Shown here in pieces: positions 46,380 through 56,546 of a stretch of 64,000 nt of DNA (positions within the stretch are counted from its first letter, which is position 1; every line of letters starts with the position of its first letter). The notes under the pieces were generated by a model that searched no databases, was not told the DNA's origin, and saw only the letters and a program-made list of their open reading frames with translations. The stretch is taken from sequence record NZ_CP025192.1, one strand, 5' to 3'. This DNA comes from a plasmid. The translations under genes and the position numbers were made by a program.

Positions 46380-47102
46380 TCAATAAGGGTTCGCCAAGGC
46401 CACGACCCGATTGCCCGCACCGTCGCCTCGCACCTCCAAGGCCGGCGATGTCGACAGGAGGTAAGCGGCCGAGTCGCCCAGCGCGAACGGGAACATGACC
46501 GGGCTCGACGAGATGCCATCGACCGGGAGCGCGCGCCCCGCATACCGCAGGCACGCTTCGCTGAGCCACGCCGCGACCGGCGAGCCGTGCAGATCGATGG
46601 CAGGGGCGCGGGTGATCCGCTTCCCGTTGTCCAACTTCTCGATCGTCCCCCAGCTCGCCTGCGACTGGAGCACCATGTTCGTCATGCGGCGCGTACCCTC
46701 GCGCTCCCCGTAGGTCTCCGCCATCCGCCGGTGGACTTCCGCCGACCTGCAGTCGCCGTGCAGCGCCGTCAGCCGGCCAACGATCTCAGCCACCCTTCCG
46801 AAGAAGCTGTAGGTCGCCAGGGCCATACCCCAGGTCAGCGGGACGGCCGTCGTGGACGGCGCAGCGCGATAGATTCGCGCCCCGCGCGCGGTGAAGTCGA
46901 GGAGGTCCGGGCGCGGCTCGAGCCACAGCCTGTTCAGAACCGTCCGGGTCTTCTTCTTGGCCGCCGGGCCGGGATGCGCGGCGTCCAGCAACGCCGTCAG
47001 CTCGCCGAGGCTCGCCAGCCCGGCGCTCACGCGAAGAGCCGCCTCGGCCAGCTCGAGCGGGACGAAGCGGTCGAAGCCAATCTGTGCGGCGGCCGTGCTC
47101 AT
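46380..47102 (-). CDS. brxA: BrxA (DUF1819-like), the terminal gene of the type 3 BREX operon (240 aa).
   Basis: Position immediately after pglZ with ATGA overlap; size; all-alpha predicted composition. Assignment rests mainly on synteny. Confidence 0.45.
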   Translation of the reverse strand: MSTAAAQIGFDRFVPLELAEAALRVSAGLASLGELTALLDAAHPGPAAKKKTRTVLNRLWLEPRPDLLDFTARGARIYRAAPSTTAVPLTWGMALATYSFFGRVAEIVGRLTALHGDCRSAEVHRRMAETYGEREGTRRMTNMVLQSQASWGTIEKLDNGKRITRAPAIDLHGSPVAAWLSEACLRYAGRALPVDGISSSPVMFPFALGDSAAYLLSTSPALEVRGDGAGNRVVALANPY

Positions 47103-49093
47103 TGATCGGCGTCCGCAACCTGCACCCGCACGAACGGCACGATGAGCTCCTCGACCGATGGTCCGCCGTGAGCGACGATCCGCTCCCCCCGCGGCACGAA
47201 CGCCTTCCGAGTGCCCGCGTACACCGGCAACACTTCTGGAGGTAGCCCGGGCACGCCGAGACGGAAGGTGTCGAGCTCCGAAGGGACGGACGCCGCCAAC
47301 GCGTCGCTACGGTATGTCCGAACCCTCTCGCCCTTGACCTCGGACACCACGCCCTGGCTGAGCCGCCCGATTCCTTCGGCCTCCACGTTCCCGTGGTCGG
47401 CCGTCAGGTAGACCTGGTAGCCGTGCCCGGCGAGCAAGCGGACGAGGCCTTCGGCAAACCCGGTGTCGCACCAAGCGGCGATTTGGCCGCTGATGCCCCG
47501 CTTCCCGAGCATCGCCCCGTGCACCAGCTCGTCGACCATGTCGACGACGATCCCGGCCACCTTCATTCCCGGCTTAGATATCGCCACGGCCAAGTCGGCC
47601 AGTTGCTCCGTCCGCTTCAACCCCTTCGCGTAGCACACCTCCGAGCTGCGGAGGCCGTTCTCCTGCCAGAAGCGCGCCCAAAGCTGCGGCTCCTGGGCCG
47701 TGGTGTCGATGGAGGTGGGGAACTCGCGCGGGCGGAGGCCGGAGAAGAGGGCCTGCCGGGAAACGGAGGTCAGGGTCGGAAGCCACGCGAAGCACGCGCC
47801 ATCGTCCGCGGCGAAGCCGCGGACCCGCGCGGCCAGGTGGTCGCGGACCTGTAGCCACTGGTCCATGGCCAGGCCGTCGAACACCACGAGCGCAACGCGC
47901 ACCTCGCCGGCGGCGCGGCGCAGCGCGAGGTACCTCGGCACGTGGTGGACCATGACCGGCCCCCTCGCGGCCGGGAGGGACGGAAGGTCCGCGAAATGCG
48001 TCGTGACCCAGAGCCTCAGGCGATCGTCGGCGTCGCGCTGTAGTTGACTCACCTGCTGCTCCAGCGGTTTCGCGGCATCCACGTTCAGGGAGTGGAAGCG
48101 GAAGATCAGCTCCCCGAGGCGGCGCGCGAAGTCGGCCCAGTCGCGGTGGGACGACCCCGTCGAAGGTAGATTGGTGGCAAGCCGCCTGGCCCCCTGGCCC
48201 ACCAAGTCTGCCTGCGTGTGCGGGTCTTCGACCAACCCCACCCTCACCCATTCCGGCACGCCGGCGGGCGGCCTCCCGACGCCGACCGGACGAAGCCCGC
48301 CATCGAGGAACAACGTGCCGACGATCGCCCGGACGTCGGGGTGCTCGAACGGCACCGCGATGGCAATCGACTCCACGGCTTCCGCGTCCGGGCCGCTGCC
48401 AGCGTCGATGCCCTGCTGGAGCAGGAACCGGCGCCAGGCATCCTGCAGGACGCGCAACGTGAAGCTCATGGATGAGAGCAGATCGGCGACCGGGAGACCT
48501 CCGATCGCGGTGTCCTTCAACAGCTGCGCGACGTGGTCGGCCAGCACCCTCGGCAGGCTCGATCCGCGGTAGTGCAGGCGCAGCAGCTCCCGCCAGAAGT
48601 CCTCCGGGCCGCCCAGCATGTAGGGGCTGATCCGGAAGACGCGGGTGAGGATGAAGTCCTTGGTCGCCGCCTCGCCCAGCGGCTGCGGCGCATGCCGGTC
48701 TTGCGCCTGGAACATCGCCTCGTGATGCTCCGAGGCGATCTGCCTCACCACGCTGTAGCTCAGCCTCGGGAAGAGGTCTGCCAAGCTGAGGCTTACCGTG
48801 CGAGCCTGACGGATGTAGTCCCACGGCAGCACGTTCACGTCGGTTCCGCGCAGCTGCAACACCAGCGCTTTTTCCGGTCCCGCCTCCCCCCGGTCCCACG
48901 CGTCCCGGTAGCGTTCCTCGAACTCCACGCGGAAGACGACCGGGTCGTCGAAGGGCAGAACCTCGAAGCCTCTCTCCCGGAGGCTGTGCAGCACGGCCTC
49001 GTCCAGTAGCACGTCGTCAGGATCGCAGGCGATCCAGAATCGGGCCAGCTCGGTGGGGAACTCCCGAAGGATCCGGTCGGTCCACGCGCTCAC
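47099..49093 (-). CDS. pglZ: PglZ (BREX alkaline-phosphatase-superfamily protein), 664 aa.
   Basis: PglZ-like core ...VYLTADHGNVEAEG..., ...VVFDGLAMDQW...; ATGA overlap with the brxHII stop. Confidence 0.65.
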   Translation of the reverse strand: MSAWTDRILREFPTELARFWIACDPDDVLLDEAVLHSLRERGFEVLPFDDPVVFRVEFEERYRDAWDRGEAGPEKALVLQLRGTDVNVLPWDYIRQARTVSLSLADLFPRLSYSVVRQIASEHHEAMFQAQDRHAPQPLGEAATKDFILTRVFRISPYMLGGPEDFWRELLRLHYRGSSLPRVLADHVAQLLKDTAIGGLPVADLLSSMSFTLRVLQDAWRRFLLQQGIDAGSGPDAEAVESIAIAVPFEHPDVRAIVGTLFLDGGLRPVGVGRPPAGVPEWVRVGLVEDPHTQADLVGQGARRLATNLPSTGSSHRDWADFARRLGELIFRFHSLNVDAAKPLEQQVSQLQRDADDRLRLWVTTHFADLPSLPAARGPVMVHHVPRYLALRRAAGEVRVALVVFDGLAMDQWLQVRDHLAARVRGFAADDGACFAWLPTLTSVSRQALFSGLRPREFPTSIDTTAQEPQLWARFWQENGLRSSEVCYAKGLKRTEQLADLAVAISKPGMKVAGIVVDMVDELVHGAMLGKRGISGQIAAWCDTGFAEGLVRLLAGHGYQVYLTADHGNVEAEGIGRLSQGVVSEVKGERVRTYRSDALAASVPSELDTFRLGVPGLPPEVLPVYAGTRKAFVPRGERIVAHGGPSVEELIVPFVRVQVADADQ

Positions 49094-51903
49094 GACGCGC
49101 CGCCCGCCGGGCCGCCAACGCGCAGCATGAGAACGGAGTGGAGGTCGGGCACGCGGATCTCGGCGGCGTCGAGCCGCGCCATGCGGGTCTCGTGCTCCGC
49201 GCGCAGGCGCCTGCGGCGATACTCGCGCACGCTCGGGAGCCCGATGCGGCCGATGGCCTGATACCTGACTTCGTAGGCGTGGCGGGCGCGGTCGCGCTCC
49301 TCCCGGATGCGGGCTGCGTGCTCTTCCGCCAGCTCGGCGAAGACCTGCTCACCGTTGGAGACGGCCGCACGCTTGGCGTCGTGGAACCACCGGCCCGGGA
49401 CCTTCTCCGAGGAAAGCCCGACCAGCCGGATGCGCTCCGTGACGAGGAGATCCCAGATCCGCCTCGCGGTCGGCATGAACATGCGCCCCTCGTCGCTCAC
49501 GAAGACCGCCAGGAAGCGCCGCCTGCCGAAGTCCTCGGCCGACAGACCGATCTGCCAAAGGGACCACACGCCCCTGACGGTATCGGGCAGCCCGCCGACC
49601 TCGACCACCGGGAGCGGCTGACCGTCCACGCAGCGGGGCAGCTCGGTGATGACGGCCCGGGCCCGCGCGTCCTCGAGCGTGACCCACTCCACGTCCGGCC
49701 GGCTCGCCGCGGTACGCGCGTCGAAGCACGCACCGACAGATTCGCTGCCGTCGATCCAGCGGAGACGCCACGTATCGCCGTCCTTGATCGCAGCGCCCCC
49801 CTTCCCCGGCAGGCCGGTCGTGATCGCCCGCTCGAGCCAGAACTGCGCGGGGTGGTCCTGCCACTTGCGTGCGCCTTCCGCGTCGAGCTCCTGGTCGCCG
49901 GCGAGGAGGTCGACGTTCCTGCGGCTCTCTGCGACTGCCGACCGGAGCTGCGACGCCACCGCATCGCACTCGGCTTCGATCGCGTCCGGGTTCTGGAGGC
50001 CCTGCACGAACAGCTCGTCGAACAGCCCGTCCGCCTCAACCGAGTCCATCACGTCCGCCGCCTTGTCGACGCCAAACTCCTCCGCGATGACGGCGAGCTT
50101 CGCCTCGAGAACCTCGCGGACCCGGTGCTCGACGGTGTCCTCAAGGACCAGGTTGATCGCGCGCACCACATGCGGCTGGCCGATGCGATCGACGCGACCG
50201 ATGCGCTGCTCGACCCGCATGGGGTTCCACGGCATGTCGAAGTTGACGATCACGTGGCAGAACTGGAGGTTGAGCCCCTCGCCACCGGCGTCGGTGGAGA
50301 CGAGAATCCTGACGTCGCGGGCGAACGCCTGCTGCGCCCGCGTGCGGGTCTCAAGGTCCATGCCGCCGTTGAGCGTTGCGACCGAGAAGCCACGCGCCTC
50401 TAGGAGCGCGGCGAGCATGGCCTGCGTCGGCACGAACTCCGTGAAGACGAGGACCTTCAGCTGCGGGTCCCCTTCCTCCTGCTGGAGTTTGTAGATGAGA
50501 TCCAGCAGCGCCTCGGCTTTCGCGTCGGTCCCCTGGGCCTCAGTAGAGCGGGCGAGCTCGAGAAGCACCTTGACCTCCGCCTTCTCCGTCTGCCAGCCCC
50601 TCGCCTCGACGGCCAAGTCGATCTGCGCCTGGCCGTCCAGATCCGCCCACTCGTCGACGTCGGCGGTCTCGAAAAGGGACGGCTGGAGCTGCGGCTGGTC
50701 CAGCATTGCCAGGCGGTTCTCAAGCGTCGCGCGGATAGCCGCGGTGCTCGACGTCACCAGCCTCTGCATGAGTATCATGAGGAACCCGATGTGCCGCTGC
50801 TTCGCGGCCAGCGCCTGGTTGTAGCCGTGGCGGACGTAGTCGGTGATCGCCTCGTAGAGACTCCTCTGGGCCGCGTGGCGGTCCTGCCATGCTACGGGAT
50901 GCAGCCTCGTCATCCGCGGCTTGAAGAGGGCCCTGCCTTCCGCGTCGATCGCGGCGCGCTTCTCCGTCCGGATCACGAACGGCCGGACGCGGTCGCTCGT
51001 CACGCTACTCTCGTCGGGGAAGGAATCGCGGTCGAGCAGCTGCATGAGCCGGTGGAACTGGTCGGTCTTGCCCTGGTGGGGCGTCGCCGACAGGAGGAGC
51101 AGGTAGGGTGCGGCCTCGGCCAGCGCCGCCCCGAGCTTGTACCGCGCGACCTGGTCCGTGCTGCCGCCCATGCGGTGCGCTTCGTCGATGATGACCAGGT
51201 CCCACGACGCCGAGACCAGGTCCTCGAAGCGCTCCCGGTTGTACGTGCTGAGCTGCTCGAGGGTCCAGCCGCGGCGCCCGTCCAGGGGCTTTACGGAATC
51301 GAGCGAGCAGATCACCTGGTCGTGGAGTCGCCAGAGGTTCTCCTCGTCGCTGCGCCACTGGCGGAAAGCGGAGAGCTCGGCCGGTTCGACGAATTGGAAG
51401 CTCTCGCCGAAGTGCAGCCGCATCTCCGCCTGCCACTGGCGCACGAGCCCCTTGGGCGCGACGACGAGGATCCGCTTCGCCATGCCGCGGAGCTTCAGCT
51501 CGCGTAGGATCAGCCCGGCCTCGATCGTCTTCCCGAGGCCCACCTCGTCCGCCAGGAGGTAGCGGATCCGGTGGCGCGCCATCGCGCGGTTCAGCGCGTA
51601 GAGCTGGTGCGGCAGCGGCACCACGCTGGACTGGACCGGCGCGAGCAGGAGGTCGTCCTCCAGCGCGTCGAGCAACCTCGCCGCCGCTGCGGTATGCAGG
51701 ACGTGTTCGACCGTGGGCTGGACGGAGCCGAGCTGCGCGAGATCCTTCTCGCGGGCGCGTACGACAGCGTCACGGCTAGGCAGCCAAACCCGATAGGCGA
51801 CCTCGCCCCAGATCTCTTCCCGGTCGATCACCCGGCAGGGTGCGGCATGTCGTCCGTGCCAACACCAATCGCCTACCGAGTGCCTGCCGCCGAGCTTGTT
51901 CAC
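49090..51903 (-). CDS. brxHII: BrxHII, SF2 (SNF2/DEAH-like) helicase of type 3 BREX (937 aa from GTG).
   Basis: Motif I LADEVGLGKT, motif II DLVIIDEAHRMGG, helicase C-terminal motifs; GTG start overlapping the pglXI stop (GTGA). Confidence 0.7.
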   Translation of the reverse strand: MNKLGGRHSVGDWCWHGRHAAPCRVIDREEIWGEVAYRVWLPSRDAVVRAREKDLAQLGSVQPTVEHVLHTAAAARLLDALEDDLLLAPVQSSVVPLPHQLYALNRAMARHRIRYLLADEVGLGKTIEAGLILRELKLRGMAKRILVVAPKGLVRQWQAEMRLHFGESFQFVEPAELSAFRQWRSDEENLWRLHDQVICSLDSVKPLDGRRGWTLEQLSTYNRERFEDLVSASWDLVIIDEAHRMGGSTDQVARYKLGAALAEAAPYLLLLSATPHQGKTDQFHRLMQLLDRDSFPDESSVTSDRVRPFVIRTEKRAAIDAEGRALFKPRMTRLHPVAWQDRHAAQRSLYEAITDYVRHGYNQALAAKQRHIGFLMILMQRLVTSSTAAIRATLENRLAMLDQPQLQPSLFETADVDEWADLDGQAQIDLAVEARGWQTEKAEVKVLLELARSTEAQGTDAKAEALLDLIYKLQQEEGDPQLKVLVFTEFVPTQAMLAALLEARGFSVATLNGGMDLETRTRAQQAFARDVRILVSTDAGGEGLNLQFCHVIVNFDMPWNPMRVEQRIGRVDRIGQPHVVRAINLVLEDTVEHRVREVLEAKLAVIAEEFGVDKAADVMDSVEADGLFDELFVQGLQNPDAIEAECDAVASQLRSAVAESRRNVDLLAGDQELDAEGARKWQDHPAQFWLERAITTGLPGKGGAAIKDGDTWRLRWIDGSESVGACFDARTAASRPDVEWVTLEDARARAVITELPRCVDGQPLPVVEVGGLPDTVRGVWSLWQIGLSAEDFGRRRFLAVFVSDEGRMFMPTARRIWDLLVTERIRLVGLSSEKVPGRWFHDAKRAAVSNGEQVFAELAEEHAARIREERDRARHAYEVRYQAIGRIGLPSVREYRRRRLRAEHETRMARLDAAEIRVPDLHSVLMLRVGGPAGGAS

Positions 51904-54677
51904 CCGCCCCCCTCGGTCCGGGTGAGCGCCTGATCGTACCAGAGGAGGAGCTTCTCGTCCTCCTGCAGCGCCTCCTCGGGAATCTTCTGGGCGACGTCGA
52001 TGATGATTTTGTAGTTCTTGGCCGACCAAGCCACCTTGAAGCCCGCGCGGAGCACTTCAAGACGGAACTCCTTCAGCCGTCGTCCGGGAGCTACTCGATA
52101 CCCCTCGAACTCTTTTAGCAAAGCCCTCTCACGCTTCTGCTCCAGATCTTGCGCCTTACCAGGATCCGGCACGAACCAGCGGTCCTTCGCTTTTGCTTTC
52201 AACACTGGATCAGATTTCTCGCGATTCCGCATTTCATGATAGTTTGTTGAAAGATAGTTATGGATTTGGCTGGGCACATCGCTAGATCCATCGTAGCGCA
52301 AGAAATTGTCCTCAAGAAGATCGGAAAGTTCGGGGCGTGTTTCGTGCTTTTTCCAGCCTGCCCCGAGCTGAGTGATGAACTCCGGGTGCAATTCCTGGTA
52401 GGTCGATGGCCGCTTCCGGAGAAAATCGGTCAACCAATCGATGGCGCTACGTTCGTCTGCAACGAACATTTCCATTTGCGGTGCCTTAGGCACTTGAGCG
52501 CGCTTCTTATCATACTCAATGACCTGATCAGGCAAGAATACCATGCCGTCTCGCTCTGGAAAGCGGCTCCGAAGACCTTCCTGAAACTCTTGGCTGGAAA
52601 GAGGCACAGGCACATTGTGCCGGATAAACCACGCCACCATACGGTCAAACAGGATGCGGGGATCGCGCTCCGCGATGAACTCGAGCGCGGCAGCCTTCTG
52701 TTTTGTCACTGGCAACTGACGAAGATGGGTCTGGACAAAATCCCAGGCTGACTCCATTGCAGGCTGGTTTTCAAACCGCTGTTCCAATCCGCCATTCGGT
52801 TTATATGCCGATATTATGAGATCCTGCTTTACTGCGACGGTAGTGGTAACGGACTTGAAACTTCCCTGCTTCTTGTCGAGAGTTGACACATCGGCAACCA
52901 CGAACCCAGCTTCTTGTAAAGCGGTTTGCAGGCTGTTCCAAACAGACGCTTGTGTATTCGAAAATACAACAGTCATCCACCGACCTGGTTTGAGGACACG
53001 GTAATATTCAGCGAAGCAAGAGGCCATTATTCGACGATAATCATCAAGAGATTTTTGTGATGCACGATTTTCTTTGGACCGGTCTACAATCGCATCAAGC
53101 CGTGCGTCCGTCATAACGCCATGCCATGCCTCAACAAGAAAATTGAGTTCTGCGTACGGTAGATTTTCTCCGAACGGAGGGTCGGTGAATACATAGTCGA
53201 TCGAGGAGTCTTCTAGGGGGAGTTTGGCTGCTGTGCCTGTGGTTGTGATAGCATTCTGTGATCTAAGCCTGAAGGCGTCGAAAGCCTTCTCAAGACGGCT
53301 CAGCTTACCTTCAAGAATATACCACGGACTGCATTCTGCATGCTGCGCTCCAACATAATAAACGCCAGCCAGATATTGGTTGACTTGCGAAAAGTGAGTT
53401 GGCGCATATCGCGCGAGGATGGACATACCCCAAATCGCTTGCTCTACGAAGTACATCAACATCGATCGAATGCGGCCATCTTTGTAATTACACGCGCTCC
53501 GCCACAAAGCTCCCATGCCGTGCGCTGCACGAGACAGAAACATGTCTTGAACAGACGTAACGCCTTTGTCACGCATTCGTGGAGCTTCCCACATATCGGC
53601 ATATGGGAAGCCGGTGGTGGGGACCTCTTCTGGAATAGGAAGGTCGTTGATTTTCTTGATGAGAGCTAGGTCAGCAGCATCTGGCTTCTTCTCATACCGG
53701 GTGCCGCCCACTTTATACGAGATTAACGAAGGCGCGCGCTTGGGGACGCTTATCGTCTTGCCGGACAGAGCATCAATCTTCGTCTCATAGCGACGATCCA
53801 GCTTCTTTTTCGTAAGTGTTGCGCCGCAGTGGGGGCATGGAAATTCGTCCCGCACTCGCTTAGTCGAATCATCGAGTGCTTCGTCGATGAAATTCACTTC
53901 GTCGGCGCAGTCGGGACACGTGAAGAGTTCGCTCCAAACCGTGAACTCAATTCGCCCCTTCGTTTTCCGATCTACATGCAATGTTTCATACATCCAGCCA
54001 ATCTCGCGCTCGACTTCAGCGAGCAACCGCTTCCCGGCGGCGGCAAAGGCGCCGACATCAAATGGTAGATTATAGTTCGCGGCGATGAAGGTCGCCGCCG
54101 GCGACAGGTCGTTCAAAACGACCTTGCGTGCGCCCCATCGGGGCGCTGGTTGGCCAGCCTTCTTCCACTCCATCTCGAGCTGCTGGCGGTAGGTGGCGGG
54201 CGCCGTGCCGCACCATTGTGCCGCCACGCCTGTCATGCCTGACCCAGCAAAGCCGTCGAGCACGACGTCACCCGGTTCGGTGAAGTGCAGGATAGACGGC
54301 ACGATGGCCAAGTGCGGCACTTTGGTGTGATAGGAGTGCGCCTTATAGATCGGGTCCGTCTTACCGACCGAGACATCAATCGCCATCGGCTCGCGCGCAT
54401 ACTCCTTGGCCGGGTCGTAGGGCTTGCCGCAGTGCTTCACGAAATCGGCTAGCCAAGGGTTAGGGCAGGCCGTGTAGTAGGGCGGATCCGACATGGCCAG
54501 GATCGCCTCGTCGGTCCCCTTCGGGAACCCCTCCTGTGTGCGGAAGGCGGGGTCCTTCAGCTTCTCGGCCAGCAGCTTCCGGAAATGCTCGCGGCGCGCG
54601 TCCTCGTTCGGAAAGGTCAGCCCCAGGCATGTCACCGCACCTGCCGCGCCAGGGCGAGGGATCAGAGTCTCATTCAT
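51900..54677 (-). CDS. pglXI: PglXI, the BREX type 3 N6-adenine DNA methyltransferase (925 aa).
   Basis: DPPY motif (ILAMSDPPYYTACPNPW) and a second DPPF motif (DYVFTDPPFGENLPY); SAM-binding-like region VLDGFAGSGMTG; Cys4 cluster CPDC...CPHC; lower GC than its neighbours. Confidence 0.7.
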   Translation of the reverse strand: MNETLIPRPGAAGAVTCLGLTFPNEDARREHFRKLLAEKLKDPAFRTQEGFPKGTDEAILAMSDPPYYTACPNPWLADFVKHCGKPYDPAKEYAREPMAIDVSVGKTDPIYKAHSYHTKVPHLAIVPSILHFTEPGDVVLDGFAGSGMTGVAAQWCGTAPATYRQQLEMEWKKAGQPAPRWGARKVVLNDLSPAATFIAANYNLPFDVGAFAAAGKRLLAEVEREIGWMYETLHVDRKTKGRIEFTVWSELFTCPDCADEVNFIDEALDDSTKRVRDEFPCPHCGATLTKKKLDRRYETKIDALSGKTISVPKRAPSLISYKVGGTRYEKKPDAADLALIKKINDLPIPEEVPTTGFPYADMWEAPRMRDKGVTSVQDMFLSRAAHGMGALWRSACNYKDGRIRSMLMYFVEQAIWGMSILARYAPTHFSQVNQYLAGVYYVGAQHAECSPWYILEGKLSRLEKAFDAFRLRSQNAITTTGTAAKLPLEDSSIDYVFTDPPFGENLPYAELNFLVEAWHGVMTDARLDAIVDRSKENRASQKSLDDYRRIMASCFAEYYRVLKPGRWMTVVFSNTQASVWNSLQTALQEAGFVVADVSTLDKKQGSFKSVTTTVAVKQDLIISAYKPNGGLEQRFENQPAMESAWDFVQTHLRQLPVTKQKAAALEFIAERDPRILFDRMVAWFIRHNVPVPLSSQEFQEGLRSRFPERDGMVFLPDQVIEYDKKRAQVPKAPQMEMFVADERSAIDWLTDFLRKRPSTYQELHPEFITQLGAGWKKHETRPELSDLLEDNFLRYDGSSDVPSQIHNYLSTNYHEMRNREKSDPVLKAKAKDRWFVPDPGKAQDLEQKRERALLKEFEGYRVAPGRRLKEFRLEVLRAGFKVAWSAKNYKIIIDVAQKIPEEALQEDEKLLLWYDQALTRTEGGG

Positions 54678-56544
54678 TGTCGGCCTCGTTCGTGGGGCGC
54701 GCCGCGGGCTGACGGCCTGCGCGCAGCGCTCGGAGCTTGATGCCGGCCTCCGTCAGCACATACTGCTGGTTTGGCGACCGAGGTTTGTCCGGTACGGTCA
54801 TTCGCAGTACGCGCGCCTGCAGAAGCGGCTCGAGGTACTGTGCCATGAAGTGCGGACGCTGCTTGTAGCCCGCCCGCGCCATGAGATCTGCGAGGCTGCG
54901 CGGCACGTCCGCGTGCTCGACGACGCGCCACTGGCCTTCAGTCAACCGATCAAGCGACCGAACAAGCTCGGGCTGGCTGTCGGCAGCTTGTTCGGTGGCT
55001 TGTTCGGTCGTGGATGACGCCGTTGTCTGGTCCCCGCCCCCTTGGCCCTGTGGCGCCGCACCGGCCAGCGACGGCCCGTAACGCGAGCGGAGATGGGCGG
55101 GCAGCGTGTACTGAGCCCCCCCGGTTTCTAGCGGTGCCACCAGAACCTGGGCAACCAGGCGCTCGATAACCGCCTTCGCCGCAGCACTGGTCAGGCCCGT
55201 GAGCGCCTTGACGTCGGTGAGGTCGATGTGGCCGCGGCGGGTAAGGTACGCGAAGACCGCCGCCTCGTGCTCCGACAGGCTGGCCCCGAGGCTCGCCTGA
55301 GCCAGGAGCTGCTCCTCGGTGATCAGCTTCTCCTTCCGCATCGTCAGCCGGAAGGTCTTGTCCGCCTTGTCGTTGTCGATCTCCGGCGGGAGATAGCCGA
55401 GGCTCCGCCAGCCGTTGAAGATCGCGCCGACCCCGGTGCCGCCCTGGTCGGACAGACCGATACGCCGGAAGGCGTTCACGACGCTTGGGTTGCGGACCTC
55501 CTTGTCGCCGGGGTCCAGCAGCCTTTCCCTCGGGGAGAACGCATCGCCCGGATTGAAGAACTCGGTCTGGTTATGGAAGAACCTGATCACCGGGAGCCGT
55601 GTGTGGTCAGAGAAGTCCTGGTGGATGAGCAGGTTGATGGCCGCCTCGCGGAAGGACACGTAATCGGCGGGGTCATCGTCGCGTCTAAAGGTCGCCGCGT
55701 CGACCGAGAACGGGCGCTCGCTGTGCTTGAAGTAGAAGCCGACGATGCTCTGCCAGGTCTGGATCAGGTTCTCTTCGCAGGTCACGCGGTCCGCCCAGCG
55801 GACGCTCGGGGAGTAGTCATCCGCGCCGCTCCGATACAGCTGCAGGTCTACCGCCATGCGGGGTAGGATTTGACGGAAGTAGCCGTCCGCGCCCAGCGTG
55901 AGGATCGCTGCCCGAGTCGGGAGCAGGACGCCGCCGTGCTCGACGACGAAGCTCCACCTGCGCAGGAAGGCGTCATCGTCGTCGCCCTCGTTCCTCCCTG
56001 GGTTGCTGGCGTTGAAGCGTGCCCGGTACCACCGCAGCGATGCTGCGTCGAAGCACTGTTTGATGTCCAAATCCAACGGCTCAGCATCGAAGCGCTCGGT
56101 GGCCCCATCCCGATAGAAGCGGAGCAACTCGTCGGCGGTGCACGTGTCATCGCGACCACCCCGACGGATGAATGCCTTGCGCAGATCCCGGTCGATGTAG
56201 ACCGGCTTAGCGCGACGTTCGGCCTCGGGGATCCAGAAGGCCAGCACCGTGCCTTCGGGCAGATTGTGCAGGTGAGCGCGGACAGGCAGCCGTACGCTAA
56301 TCTTGTTCAGATCGCGCAATTGGCCGAGGAAGTCGTTCTGAACATTGTCCGCCTCGACGACGCCGGTGACCGAGAAGGAGCCGCGCGTCTCCTTGACCCC
56401 GAACACGAGGTACCCACCCGACGTATTGGCGAACGCGCTCACCGTGGAGAAGGCATTGCGCGGCACCATCGTGGCGGCCTCCTTGAACTCCACGTCGTTC
56501 CATTCGATGGACTGGAGCTTCGCCAGCAACTCGTCGCGGGTCAT
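54670..56544 (-). CDS. AlbA_2/Schlafen-like (divergent AAA-4) N-terminal domain plus HATPase_c_4-like domain plus C-terminal wHTH protein (COG2865-type), embedded in the BREX operon (624 aa).
   Basis: ...IEWNDVEFKEAATMVPRNAFSTVSAFANTSGGYLVFGV... is the AlbA_2 signature; ATG 56544 lies 2 nt after the brxC stop; 8-nt overlap with the pglXI start. Confidence 0.6.
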   Translation of the reverse strand: MTRDELLAKLQSIEWNDVEFKEAATMVPRNAFSTVSAFANTSGGYLVFGVKETRGSFSVTGVVEADNVQNDFLGQLRDLNKISVRLPVRAHLHNLPEGTVLAFWIPEAERRAKPVYIDRDLRKAFIRRGGRDDTCTADELLRFYRDGATERFDAEPLDLDIKQCFDAASLRWYRARFNASNPGRNEGDDDDAFLRRWSFVVEHGGVLLPTRAAILTLGADGYFRQILPRMAVDLQLYRSGADDYSPSVRWADRVTCEENLIQTWQSIVGFYFKHSERPFSVDAATFRRDDDPADYVSFREAAINLLIHQDFSDHTRLPVIRFFHNQTEFFNPGDAFSPRERLLDPGDKEVRNPSVVNAFRRIGLSDQGGTGVGAIFNGWRSLGYLPPEIDNDKADKTFRLTMRKEKLITEEQLLAQASLGASLSEHEAAVFAYLTRRGHIDLTDVKALTGLTSAAAKAVIERLVAQVLVAPLETGGAQYTLPAHLRSRYGPSLAGAAPQGQGGGDQTTASSTTEQATEQAADSQPELVRSLDRLTEGQWRVVEHADVPRSLADLMARAGYKQRPHFMAQYLEPLLQARVLRMTVPDKPRSPNQQYVLTEAGIKLRALRAGRQPAARPTNEADNE

Positions 56545-56546
56545 GG

